Below, in pieces: positions 1-12,526 of a DNA stretch of 64,000 bases (positions are counted from its first letter, which is position 1; every line of letters begins with the position of its first letter). Made by a program: the position numbers and the translations under genes. The DNA lies in NCBI RefSeq assembly GCF_032191835.1, contig NC_083239.1, positions 32,922,001 to 32,986,000 on the forward strand, read 5' to 3'. Source of the stretch: Heteronotia binoei. Lineage: Eukaryota. Under the pieces are notes generated by a model. The model ran no database searches. It was not told the origin of the DNA and saw only the letters and a list, made by a program, of their open reading frames with translations.

Positions 1-94
1 CATTAAGCATCTATTCATATACACTCTCCAAGTACATTAAGGCTCTTACAGCAGAGATGCCATTTCTAAGGCTCCCCACCTTCGTGATTTCTTA

Positions 95-380
95 GGGCAT
101 TTTCACACTCACCTTCAGCCGGCGCGACCCCCCTCTTCACCGCGCAGGATCTGCGCGGATTTCGCACTAAACGCCGCGGAGCAGCCGGAAGAGCCGGAAA
201 CTCCCGGCGCAAAAGCCGCGCAAACGGAAACTGCTTTTTGGCGGTTTCCGTTTGCGCCGCAAAAGCGCCGGGAGTTTCCGGCTCTTCCGGCTGCTCCGCG
301 GCGTTTAGTGTGAAATCCGCGCAGATCCTGCGCGGTGAAGAGGGGGGTCGCGCCGGCTGAAGGTGAGTGCGAAAACGCCC
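95..380. mobile_element. Foldback MITE, PIF/Harbinger-like
   Basis: 286-bp near-perfect palindrome, GGGC...GCCC termini, 3-bp TTA TSD (92-94, 381-383), CpG-rich. Confidence 0.85.
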
Positions 381-756
381 TTAGATGAGAAGGGTGAAGA
401 AATACATTTTTGGATGGAGCTTTGAACTGAACAAAATCTTCATTCTGAGTTTAAAAGGCCTTTTCTCTCTAACCAGAGAGCAGGGGAGAGACAATGGGAT
501 AGAGTCAAGTTCTCTTCGCCTACCCCGAAGCTTGATTCAGAGAACTGGAGCAATAAAGACTACAAGGGCTTAAAAAAAATATCCTGGAGACTTCAACAAA
601 GCCTGACCTAATCAGTAGGAGGGGAAAGAGATTATAGAATTCTTCATTGTATTGAGAGAGAGTTCAGGAAGAGGCAGCCATTGCAGGCCTACAATGGGGA
701 ACAGGCCTGCAGTTGATGGAACTTCTGCAGTAATTTATCACTTTCTGACCTAAGGA

Positions 757-1048
757 AAGAAGAAGAAGATGAAGAAGAAGATATTGGATTTATATCCCGC
801 CCTCCACTCCGAAGAGTCTCAGAGCGGCTCACAATCTCCTTTATCTTCCTCCCCCACAACAGACACCCTGTGAGGTGGGTGGGGCTGGAGAGGGCTCCCA
901 CAGCAGCTGCCCTTTCAAGGACAACCTCTGCCAGAGCTATGGCTGACCCAAGGCCATGCCAGCAGGTGCAAGTGGAGGAGTGGGGAATCAAACCCGGTTC
1001 TCCCAGATAAGAGTCTGCACACTTAACCACTACACCAAACTGGCTCTC
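757..1048 (-). mobile_element. tRNA-derived SINE with L2-like tail (Squam3-like)
   Basis: Reverse complement reads GAGAGCCAGTTTGGTGTAGTGGTTAAG...GGGCGGGATATAAATCCAATATC(TTC)n; several other copies in the window; family name from memory. Confidence 0.8.
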
Positions 1049-1051
1049 CAG

Positions 1052-1345
1052 GAAAGGTCCCCTGTGCAAGCACCAGTCATTTCCAACTCTGGGGTGACGT
1101 TGCTTTCACAATGTTTTCACGGCAGACTTTTTAACAGGGTGGTTTGCCATTGCCTTCCCGTCATCTACACTTTCCCCCCAGCAAGCTGGGTACTCATTTT
1201 ACCGACCTCAGAAGGATGGAAGGCTGAGTTAACCTTGAGCTGGCTACCTGAAAACCCAGCTTCTGCCGGGGATAAAACTCAAGTCATGAGCAGAGCTTAG
1301 GACTGCAGTACTGCAGCTTCAACACTCTGCGCCACGGGGCTCTTG
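1052..1345 (-). mobile_element. Sauria-type SINE
   Basis: tRNA-like head AAGAGCCCCGTGGCGCAGAG, BovB-like GCAATGGCAAACCACC tail; TCTGACCTAAGGA duplicated at 744-756 and 1348-1360. Confidence 0.8.
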
Positions 1346-1549
1346 TGTCTGACCTAAGGAGCCTGCCTTATATTGAACAACTGAGAAGGCATGTTTAGAG
1401 AGAGAGAGGGACAGAAGAATTGTATTTTACCCATTTCTTGTGAATCCCTTGCTCAATCTGGTATTGTGCTAAGAGTACGTTTGTAAACATTTTATTGTTA
1501 ATAAGTTATAACTTTTGATCTTGGTAGTGATTCTCTGTACCACATAGAC

Positions 1550-1988
1550 TAGGGGTGTTGAACTCATTTGTTATGAGGGTCAGAACCGATGGTTCTGGCC
1601 AGGCCACATGTGTCATGAATTGTAATGCCAGGTAGCAGAGATAGACATTTATAAAAGATGCAAACACAATTAAATGTTTTTTAAAACTTAAACATGCTTA
1701 AATTATTAGCACTCTTGTAATATTTTGTTTATTTAGCACTCTGACAACTGACACCTCTTGCTCTAAATTATTGCATCAATCACTCTGTGCTGTAGCAATC
1801 TTGAGTATGCTGCTCAGGTATTGTTCAGGTGTGTATCTGTAAGTTGTAAACCTAGCAAAGCAAGCTGTGATGCAGAAGGATGGAATAGAGAAAGAGAAGG
1901 AAGCAGACAACAGCCAGTTGCTCAGGGGCCTGATACGTGCTCTCTAGGGGGCTGATTCGGTTGCCAGGCCACACATTTGACACCCTTG
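1550..1988. mobile_element. Non-autonomous hAT transposon
   Basis: TAGGGGTGTTGAA...TTTGACACCCTTG termini, 8-bp TSD ACATAGAC (1542-1549, 1989-1996); empty site in the gene C paralog near 42280. Confidence 0.85.
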
Positions 1989-2689
1989 ACATAGACCTCC
2001 ATCATGCTTTTTTAAAAGGAGCCCCAGAGGTCTACAAGGCAGGAAACTGTCCCCATGGTAACCAAGAGTTGGTTAGCAGGAGACACAGAGGCAAGGCTTC
2101 AGAACTTGGAAGGGAAGCTGGGAGTATTGACACTCTCAGTGGGCAATTCCTACAAAGGTCAGATAGTGGCGGTGGTTGACAAGACAGCGAAAAACATCTC
2201 TCCAGGTTCTGTGCAAACCTTAGAGGGCAGGGTGGAAGAGGACCTGCAGGCTGAGGCAGGACTGTTCCACCACTTGAAGGAAGGATTGTTTTCTGACTGA
2301 ACCTGTTTCTGCACTCCAAGCAATTATCAGTTTCTCCCTTAAGGGAACTGGCATCTGTGAAATATCATTCATTCTCTGACTGAAGGTCTTTGCAAAGGAC
2401 ACACTATCATTTCCCTTTCCCCTAGAGCAGGGGTGGCCAACGGTAGTTCTCCAGATGTTTTTTGCCTACAACTCCCATCAGCCCCAGCCAGCATGGCCAA
2501 TGGCTGGGCTGATGGGAGTTGTAGGCAAAAGACATCTGGAGAACTACCGTTGGCCACCCCTTCCCTAGAGTGGATTCTCTGGCTCACACACAGGCCTTTC
2601 CCCCCTTCTTTTTTTGATTGACCTTTCTTGGAGAGGGGGTTTCAAGGGACTCTCCTCCTAGCAAGGAATGGGCTTCTCCCACTTCTTAC

Positions 2690-5330
<2,641 letters not shown>

Positions 5331-5557
5331 ATCCTTCGCCTTCTCTTGGGTTGCCTCTGACTTTGGAAAGATACCTTCACTCACGTGGCTATGAAGAGGA
5401 AGATGAAAGGAAATCAGAAAGACAGAAAGAGAACAAAAGAGAACAGAGCTACATCACTAACCCTGGTCAAGAAACACTGAAGGATTGGACTGATGGATCA
5501 GAAGGAGCGTCACTCTTGCAATTTTTCAGATCAGGATTAATGTCATTGTGCTATATT

Positions 5558-5738
5558 CAAGGCTTTTTTTGTACCAGGAACTCCTTTGTGTATTAGGCCA
5601 CACCTCCCTTTTGCAGCCAATCCTCCAAGAGCTTACAGGGCTGTTAGTACAGGGCGTACTGTAATCTCCAGGAGAATTGGCTATATCAGGGAGGTGTGGC
5701 ATAATATGCAAAGGAGTTCCTGCTACAAAAAAGCCCTG
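5558..5738. mobile_element. Palindromic hAT MITE
   Basis: 8-bp TSD GCTATATT (5550-5557, 5739-5746); empty site in the gene C paralog near 38150. Confidence 0.9.
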
Positions 5739-6204
5739 GCTATATTACATATCAAGCTTTGTTCGATATGCCTATTTGGTCCTTCAGGAAACTGTCTTGT
5801 TCAGCTCTTTAAAAGTGTGCTGCAGATTATATGATCTTGGCTTTAATGAATTGGAAATCAGTCTGTCCTAGGGGCTACGTCTCAGTGTAAACTGGAGCCC
5901 TGGATGTTAATGGCTCCTGTATTGCCAATATCTCCTCAATAGTGTGGAAATGTTAGGCTACAGCCAGCAGACGTCAGGGCAGAGGGTCTGCCTGGGAGCA
6001 GGGGGAGGCAGTGAACTCCCAGGGAAAAGTCAGATGGGGGGAATATTGGCACAAATGCATGGCAAGTGAAGGAACCAACTGGCATGAATGTCCCCTCCCC
6101 TCCTGATCAGGCACGGGACTCCTTTCCGGGCCTCCCTAAGACCACCATGGCTGAGAATTTATTTTTATTTACAAAACTCAGATTCCACCTGTCTGTCCCC
6201 ACAA

Positions 6205-6582
6205 GGGCCACCAAGGCAACTCATATAGTTTGGGAGTACTATTGGAGCCTTCCTTAACGATGGAGGCTCAAGTAGCAGCCACTGCTAAGTCTGCATTCTT
6301 TCATCTTAGGCGGGCGAGGCAGTTGGCTCCTTTCCTGGAACATGACGATCTAGCAATGGTGATTCATGCAACGGTCACCTCGAGGTTGGACTACTACAAT
6401 GCCCTCTACATGGGGTTGCCCTTGTGCCGAACCCGGAAGCTGCAGTTAGTGCAGAATGCCGCTGCCCGGCTGTTATTAGGGCTCCCAAGATGGGAGCACA
6501 TTCGGCCGGGGCTCTGGAGTCTGCACTGGCTGCCGATAATATACCAAGTCCGATACAAGGTGCTGGTTATTACCTTTAAAGC
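6205..6582 (+). mobile_element. L2 LINE ORF2 3' fragment, left part
   Basis: IHATVTSRLDYYNALYMGLP...LQLVQNAAARLL...LHWLPI is the L2 RT C-terminus; continues in frame at 7930. Confidence 0.9.
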
Positions 6583-7111
6583 TAGGGTTGCCAAGTCCAA
6601 TTTAAGAAATATCTGGGGACTTTGGGGGTGGAGCCAGGAGACTTTGGGGGTGGAGCCAGGAGACATTGGGGCGGAGCCAAGATCAAGGCTGTGACAAGCA
6701 TCATGAACTCCAAAGGGAGTTCTGGCCATCACATTTAAAGGGACGGCGCACCTTTTCAATTCCTTCCTCCCATAGGAAGTAATGAAGGATAGGGGCACCT
6801 TCTTTTGGGGCTCATAGAATTGGACCCCCTGGTCCAATCGTTTTGAAACTTGGGGGGTATTTTGGGGAGAGGCACTAGATGCTGTACTGAACATTTGGTG
6901 CCTCTACCTCAAAAAACAGCCCCCCCCAGAGCCCCAGATACCCACGGATCAATTCTCCATTATTTCCTATGGGAATACATCTCCATAGGGAATAATAAAG
7001 TTCCCAGCAGACATTCCCCTCCCCTCCCCCCGCTTTCTGATGACCCTGAAGTGGGGGGAGGGCCTCCAAACCAGGGGATCCCCTGCCCCCACCTGGGGAT
7101 TGGCAACCTTA

Positions 7112-7870
7112 CAGTGGAAGGAGGAGGAGGACGGCCCGGACCCCCCTCGGGCGACCCCCACCCCCCGGGCAGGGCGAGGAGGGGATACCTTGCTCGCTGG
7201 GGATGTAGGTCTCGTTGTAGTCTTCCTCCAAGATGAGCTGGTCCCCGATCCGGATGGTGGCGGCGGCAGCAGGACCAGCCATGGCAGCAGCCTGCCCACC
7301 AGCGGCTCCCCCCCCCTGCCCCAAGTGGACACGGGGGGCAGGCAAGGAGCCACCCCCACCCGCCCTCCCTGGGAGCCGCGCTCCCACCCCCCAAGAGGCC
7401 AAGCCAGCAGCTGCCGGGTGGCGGGCGAGCGAGCGGGTAGCGAAGGCCTCTGCTTGGCGTTGCCCCGGAGACCGAGCAGGAAGGGGAGGCACTTCCACGC
7501 GTGGCCTGGAGTGGCCATCTCGCTTTTCCTCCCCCCCCCACCCCAGGAGGCCGCGCCAGAAGGTGGGCGGGCAGCTAAGGCGTCTGACTTGGGTTGCCCC
7601 GGAGACCAAGTAGGAAGAGGAGGAGGCACTTCCCAGCGCAGCCTAGAGCGGCACACTCTCTCTCCCACCCCACTCCCCACCACGCTCCTGGCCCGCCCCC
7701 TCCCCCGCCGCCGCCCCCCTCCCCGCCCCCTCCCAGCTGCTCCTCCAAGATGGGCCCAGCCTGAGCCCATCTCGGAGGAGCAGCCATGGTGAAGCGGAGA
7801 AGGGGCGGCTCGCCACGCTCCTTTGCGCCGTTTTTCCCCTCGCTTCCGTTTCTTTGGGGAGCGGGGGAAG
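7112..7870 (-). promoter_or_regulatory. Captured CpG-island / promoter-like segment
   Basis: Very GC- and CpG-rich, many GC boxes, CGGAAG ETS-like motif near 7843-7848 on the minus strand; lies 5' of the CEP164-like exon. Activity not demonstrated. Confidence 0.65.
7189..7282 (-). pseudogene. CEP164: CEP164 first coding exon fragment (transposed copy)
   Basis: GCCATGG Kozak, [31 protein letters not shown], then phase-1 G|GTATC; recalled human N-terminus [28 protein letters not shown]; no further CEP164 exon seen. Confidence 0.88.
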
Positions 7871-7921
7871 AGGCTGGAAAGCCTGGGGTCCCCCGCTAGG
7901 GCGGGAGGGTTAGGAACCCTA

Positions 7922-8390
7922 TTTAAAGCCCTATATGGCCTAGGACCTGCCTACCTTAGGGACAGTCTCTCCCCGCATGTTCCCCAGAGAGTACTGAGAT
8001 CGGGCTCTCAAAATCTGCTTGCTATCCCCGGGCCAAAGGAGGCCCATCTTAAATCCACCAGGGACAGGGCCTTTTCTGTAACGGCTCCTTGCTGGTGGAA
8101 CCAGCTGCCGGAAGAGGTGAGGGCCCTGAGGGACCTTGGCCAGTTCTGCAGGGCCTGTAAGACAGCCCACTTCCGGCTGGCCTATAATTAACTGGCATTA
8201 GAAATTCTATAGAAGTTCAGTGTAGTATTTTGATAGATCGCTGTTTAAATGTTTTATTATTTTACTGTTTTAACTGTTGTAATTGATGTATTTTAAATTT
8301 AAAATTCTATGTTAGATTTTATATGTTGTGAGCCACCCTGAGCCACTTCGGTGGGAAGGGCGGGATATAAACTGAAATAAACTTAAACTT
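7922..8390 (+). mobile_element. L2 LINE 3' fragment, right part with tail
   Basis: FKALYGLGPAYLRDSLSP...LRS...RAFSVTAPCWWNQLP, then the L2 tail GCCACCCTGAGCC...GGGCGGGATATAAA. Confidence 0.9.
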
Positions 8391-8849
8391 AAACATATAC
8401 CACAGAAGATCACACTTGGAAAGTATTTAAAACCCCTGAAACTAATTAACTGAGACCTAGCTTTAAGCTTGAGAGGAGAGGGATGGGAGATAACAACAGA
8501 GTCTCATTTAGTCACCTTAGCACTGCATAATGAAGATGGATAAATGTGCCCATTCATCTCGAGTTTTGATATATGTATTTTGTTTCTCCCCTGGAATAAA
8601 ACCCAAACAAATGGTAAACATATAAACTAAGCTTCTTATTCCTGTTTGGTCCTGGAATCTGTTAAACATCTTCATTATGTTGTTGTATGCTCATTCGCTC
8701 CTCACCCTCTACTTATGTGTAGGGACTGGTGACTTCCACTTCAAGGTATCTGAAGCAGGGTGCATGCACACGAAAACTTATACCTTGAATAAAACTTCGT
8801 TAGTCTTAAAGGTGCCCCTGGACTCCAACGTTGAACATATATATGAATA

Positions 8850-9050
8850 TATGATGCTGCCTTATACTGAATCAGACCCTGGGTCCATCAAAGTCAGTAC
8901 TGTCTACTCAGACTGGCAGCGGCTCTCCAGGGTCTCAGGCTGAGGTTTTTCACCCTTATTTGCCTGGACCCTTTTTAGTTGGAGATGCCAGGGATCGAAC
9001 CTGGGACCTTCTGCTCTACTACTGAGCCACCGCCCCGGCCCCTCCCAGAC
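8850..9050 (-). mobile_element. tRNA-derived SINE (second family)
   Basis: Reverse complement of GGCGGTGGCTCAGTAGTAGAG...GGTTCGATCCCTGGCATCTCC; same family as 18674-18880. Confidence 0.75.
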
Positions 9051-9144
9051 CAACACGGCTGTCCACCTGAATCCATACATGAGAGCCAGCATCCCTCTTT
9101 CCCAAGATTTAAGAGGTTATTCCTCCCCTCGCTCAGTGTCTTAC

Positions 9145-9370
9145 CTGTGAGGAGACCTTCAGGATCCGACTGCGTGGCTCCACCCCCCCCCCACCCCTCC
9201 TTGTTACAAATCTAAAGCCCCTGGTGGTGTATTTGGCGATTCAGAAGCAACCCACACACACACACAAAAAAAAAACCCTGGAAAAGTGCCTTTCCACTTC
9301 CTCTCCCGTCCTTGCTCGGCCTCTCTAGCAGACATCTCTCTCCGTTTAACTCTTTCAGTGCTGCAGTGCA
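9145..9370 (-). promoter_or_regulatory. Putative promoter and non-coding exon 1, gene A
   Basis: Block conserved in all four paralogs, ending TCCTCACAG|GTAAG; 5' limit uncertain. Confidence 0.65.
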
Positions 9371-11194
9371 GACAGAGTAAAAATGCTTTTCATCCTTTCT
9401 TCCAGGAGCAGTACTGGCAGTGGACTTCAGTCAGGCTGCCATCCATGACGCCTTATGCAGCTCAATGGGGCTGCTCAGGAGTAACTCTGCACAGAGTTGC
9501 GCACCAAGGGTATTCTGTGCTGTTCAGCCAGCTCAGAAAATGGGGTGGTTAAATAGGAAAAAAAAGGAAATGTGAGTAAGGCTTCCCCACAGGCCAGCTG
9601 TATAGATAGAATTGAGAGATCTGGCTGCAGTGACCCCAGAGAAAGGGGGGGCGCAAGTAGTTAGCCTTCCTTAGGGTGCCAAAGGGTATAGGGCTGGCCC
9701 TGCATGGCTGACCTCTTGTGGGGCAAGTGGAAGCTGAGTGACGCATCTGGTTGTTAGGGCAGGCAGAACAAAGCCTAAAGTTCTTTGTGGGGCAGGAGGC
9801 AGCTGAACTGCACATCTGGTTGGGCAGCACACAGACCAGCACTTGGGGTGATTGTCCAGCACTCTGGACATGCTGCTTTGAATCTCCACTCATCCCATGT
9901 GATGCTGGACCAGTTATTTTCTCTCAACCTAAGGATACAAGGGAGGATGCACATAGAGCACTTTCTGTTCCGAGCAGAGAAAGAGATGAGATCAAAATGA
10001 AATTCAAATGGATTTCCAAGGGTCTGTGATGAGTCCGAGCTCCAAAAGATGTGCTTAGCCAAGAGCTCTTCCAGTCCCGAGAAGGTGCAGCTGGCTCATC
10101 ATGAGTGAATAGGCAGGGAGGCATTTGTATCCAGTTCTTCCCCCCCCCCCCCCCCCCAGTTTTTCAGTATGATTATGCTAACTGGTCTATGCAAGCAATT
10201 CACAGCAGGCAGCTTGTTAAAACTGCCAAAGGAGCCTCCCAGAAGTATGAATTAATCTCAGTTTAGGTTATCTTTTGAGGCACCTAAGTATTTCCTCCCT
10301 CCACCCCCGCACGTATTTTATCCACACACCCAGATCCATTGGCTCCCCCTGATATAACTTCTTCACAGGTTGTGACACCAAAGAATGTATCAGGTTCTTT
10401 GGGCAGGACTCCAGCATTCCAGGAGTTCTTAGACCCACAGTGGGGAGGAGAACCGGGAAGAGATGCCTGGATTCAGAGGCATTTACATAAACTTAATAGA
10501 TCCAAGTGGGATCCACCTGGGAAGGAAGCAAGACCCCTCCGGTATTTGTGCCCCAGATCTAGAAGACAGGAGGGAAGAGCATCCTCTGTTATGTGGGCCA
10601 GAAGGGAACCTGGTGATCAGAGAGAAAGAGACCAAGTCCTTGGGAATGAATTGGAGAGAAATCCTTTTTGCTCTGCCCAATCATGACCAGGGACAAGAAT
10701 CCTCCTAACAAAGCCAGGCCCAGCAGGAAGTGGGCCAGCCATGGGGGGCGCCCAACCCATGTGAACTCCAGCCCAGGCAGTGACTGTGTCCTCCTTCCCT
10801 GCTGACCTGGCGCCACCTCACCCTAGGCTTCTGGGGTGGGCCCAGCCTCTGTTGTGCCCTCGCTTCCTTGCTTGGCACCCATGGCCAGGGCTCTGTGACA
10901 CCCAAGTTTCCCCTGGGTGGAGGTGGGAGGGGTGACCAACCCCTTTCACTGCCATTGTGTGTGATGGTGGGGGGGAGAGTGTAGCATTGGATAGCAGAAC
11001 GACTGACACCCGCCCTGCACTTGGTGGCATGATACCCCATTGAGGTCCCGCCCCCAGGCTCCACCCAAATCCGCAGGAATTTCCCACCTCAGAGCTGAAA
11101 ATGCTCTGCAGGGCTTTTGGTTGAATGAAAGGCTGTTAAATAAATAGTGGGCTCAATGCATGAGAAGGCTTAGTTGTAGTTAATCACAACTCTT

Positions 11195-12399
11195 TTTGTG
11201 TTAAAACAATTTTATTTAGTAACATATGGTAACAATATCTATTTCTTGCATCATTAATAACTTCTTTTTATCTATCCCATATATTACTTTCTAACCACCC
11301 CTCCCCCCGTTACTTGTCCCCCGCCGGTGTTATTTACTTAAAATACTAATATTTAAAGTTACCCTTAACTAGTAAAAACAAATATTAATATTCTTCTTTC
11401 TTGTAAGACTTAATCATTATCAAAAATTGTCCAATGCCCTTTTATTTTCCACTCTTTTTCTAGAGATTTTACCTAAAATAGGGGCTGATCATAACCCAAT
11501 AATGTGGATTACAAAATTGTCTAAAAAGTTGAGAAGATGGAGATTAAATGAAGATTTACTACAGAATAAAGAAATAGTGACATCTCTAGAAAATGAAACT
11601 AAAGCTTTCTTCCAAATAAACGATAAAGAAGATATAGAATTTCAGACAGTGTGGGATGCTTATAAATAGGCTTCCCAATCCCCAGGTCCCAGCGGGGGAT
11701 CCCCTGGTTTTACAGGCTTCCCCCCTCCCCCAGCCAGCTGGCCGGTGGGGGAAGCTCCACCCCCATAGCTATTATGCACCTCCAGGAACAATTCCCATAG
11801 GAAATGATGGGGAATTGATCCGCGGGTGTCAGGGGCTCTGGGGGGCCTGTCTTTTGAGGTAGAGGCGCCAAATTTTCAGTATAGCATCTAGTGCCTCTCC
11901 CCAAAATACCTCCCAAGTTTCAAAAAGATTGGACCAGGGGGTCCAATTCTATGAGCCGCAAAAGAAGGTGCCCCTATCCTTCATTATTTCCTATGGAAGG
12001 AAGGCATTCTAAAAGGTGTGCTGTCCCTTTAAATGTGATGGCCAGAACTCCCTTGGAGTTCAATTATGCTTGTCACACTCTTGCTCCTGGCTCCACCCCC
12101 AGTGTCTCCTGGCTTCAACCCCAGTCTCCTGGCTCCACCCCCAGAGTCCCCAGATATTTCTTGAATTGGACTTGGCAACCCTACTTATAAAGCAGTAATG
12201 AGAGGAATATTGATTACATTGAATAATAAAGATAAGAGGGCAAAAGAAAAACAGATGTTGGACATTCAAAATGAAATAAAGAAAAAAGAAGGGGAACTGA
12301 GAAATTCCTTTCCACTTTTTAGCACTGTCCTTTAAATTTACAAGGTCCAGATTTCGCCCCTTCTCCCCTTCTTCCAAGCTTTCTAGATTTCCATTTCCC
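11195..12399. mobile_element. Rearranged L1/Tx1-like LINE fragments
   Basis: Minus-strand 3' tail (~11195-11460) joined to a plus-strand ORF2 piece (DHNPI...WRLNEDLL...VWDAYK|AVMRG) split by a hAT MITE. Confidence 0.7.
11667..12183 (-). mobile_element. Non-autonomous hAT (TAGGGTTGCCAA family)
   Basis: 8-bp TSD CTTATAAA (11659-11666, 12184-12191); interrupts L1 at WDAYK/AVMRG. Confidence 0.92.
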
Positions 12400-12474
12400 A
12401 CTGTAGTTCTTCTAATAAAGATCCTAACTTGCAACAAGTATTGGACTCTTTTGAAGTTCATCCAAGTTCTGACA
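12400..12474 (+). repeat. 5' LTR remnant
   Basis: 75/75 identical to 17919-17993; ends GTTCTGACA. Confidence 0.93.
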
Positions 12475-12476
12475 TT

Positions 12477-12487
12477 ATAACAGTAAT
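12477..12487 (+). promoter_or_regulatory. Self-priming primer-binding site
   Basis: ATAACAGTAAT is the exact reverse complement of LTR 17894-17904 (ATTACTGTTAT); no TGG tRNA-type PBS. Confidence 0.8.
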
Positions 12488-12526
12488 CCTTTTGTTTGGG
12501 CTTATCGGAACTGGCGACCTGGCCCG

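Larger units (their letters stand above)
6583..7921. mobile_element. Composite (Pack-type) hAT element carrying captured host DNA
   Basis: Starts TAGGGTTGCCAA, ends TTAGGAACCCTA; 8-bp TSD TTTAAAGC (6575-6582, 7922-7929); inner MITE end at 7111; removing it restores L2 ACC TTT AAA GCC CTA TAT GGC (TFKALYG). Confidence 0.9.

Noticed and set aside
757-1345. Two SINEs inside one 13-bp TSD, looking like a dimeric SINE
   Set aside because: A second short duplication (CTTTCCT on the minus strand) flanks the Squam3-like copy, so nested insertion into the Sauria tail explains it
6960-7792. Overlapping 120-270 aa ORFs on both strands
   Set aside because: Expected in very GC-rich DNA; only the 31-codon CEP164 segment has recognisable homology
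7740-7870. BACE1 start, since BACE1 is head-to-head with CEP164 in human
   Set aside because: No BACE1-like signal peptide or coding sequence on the plus strand
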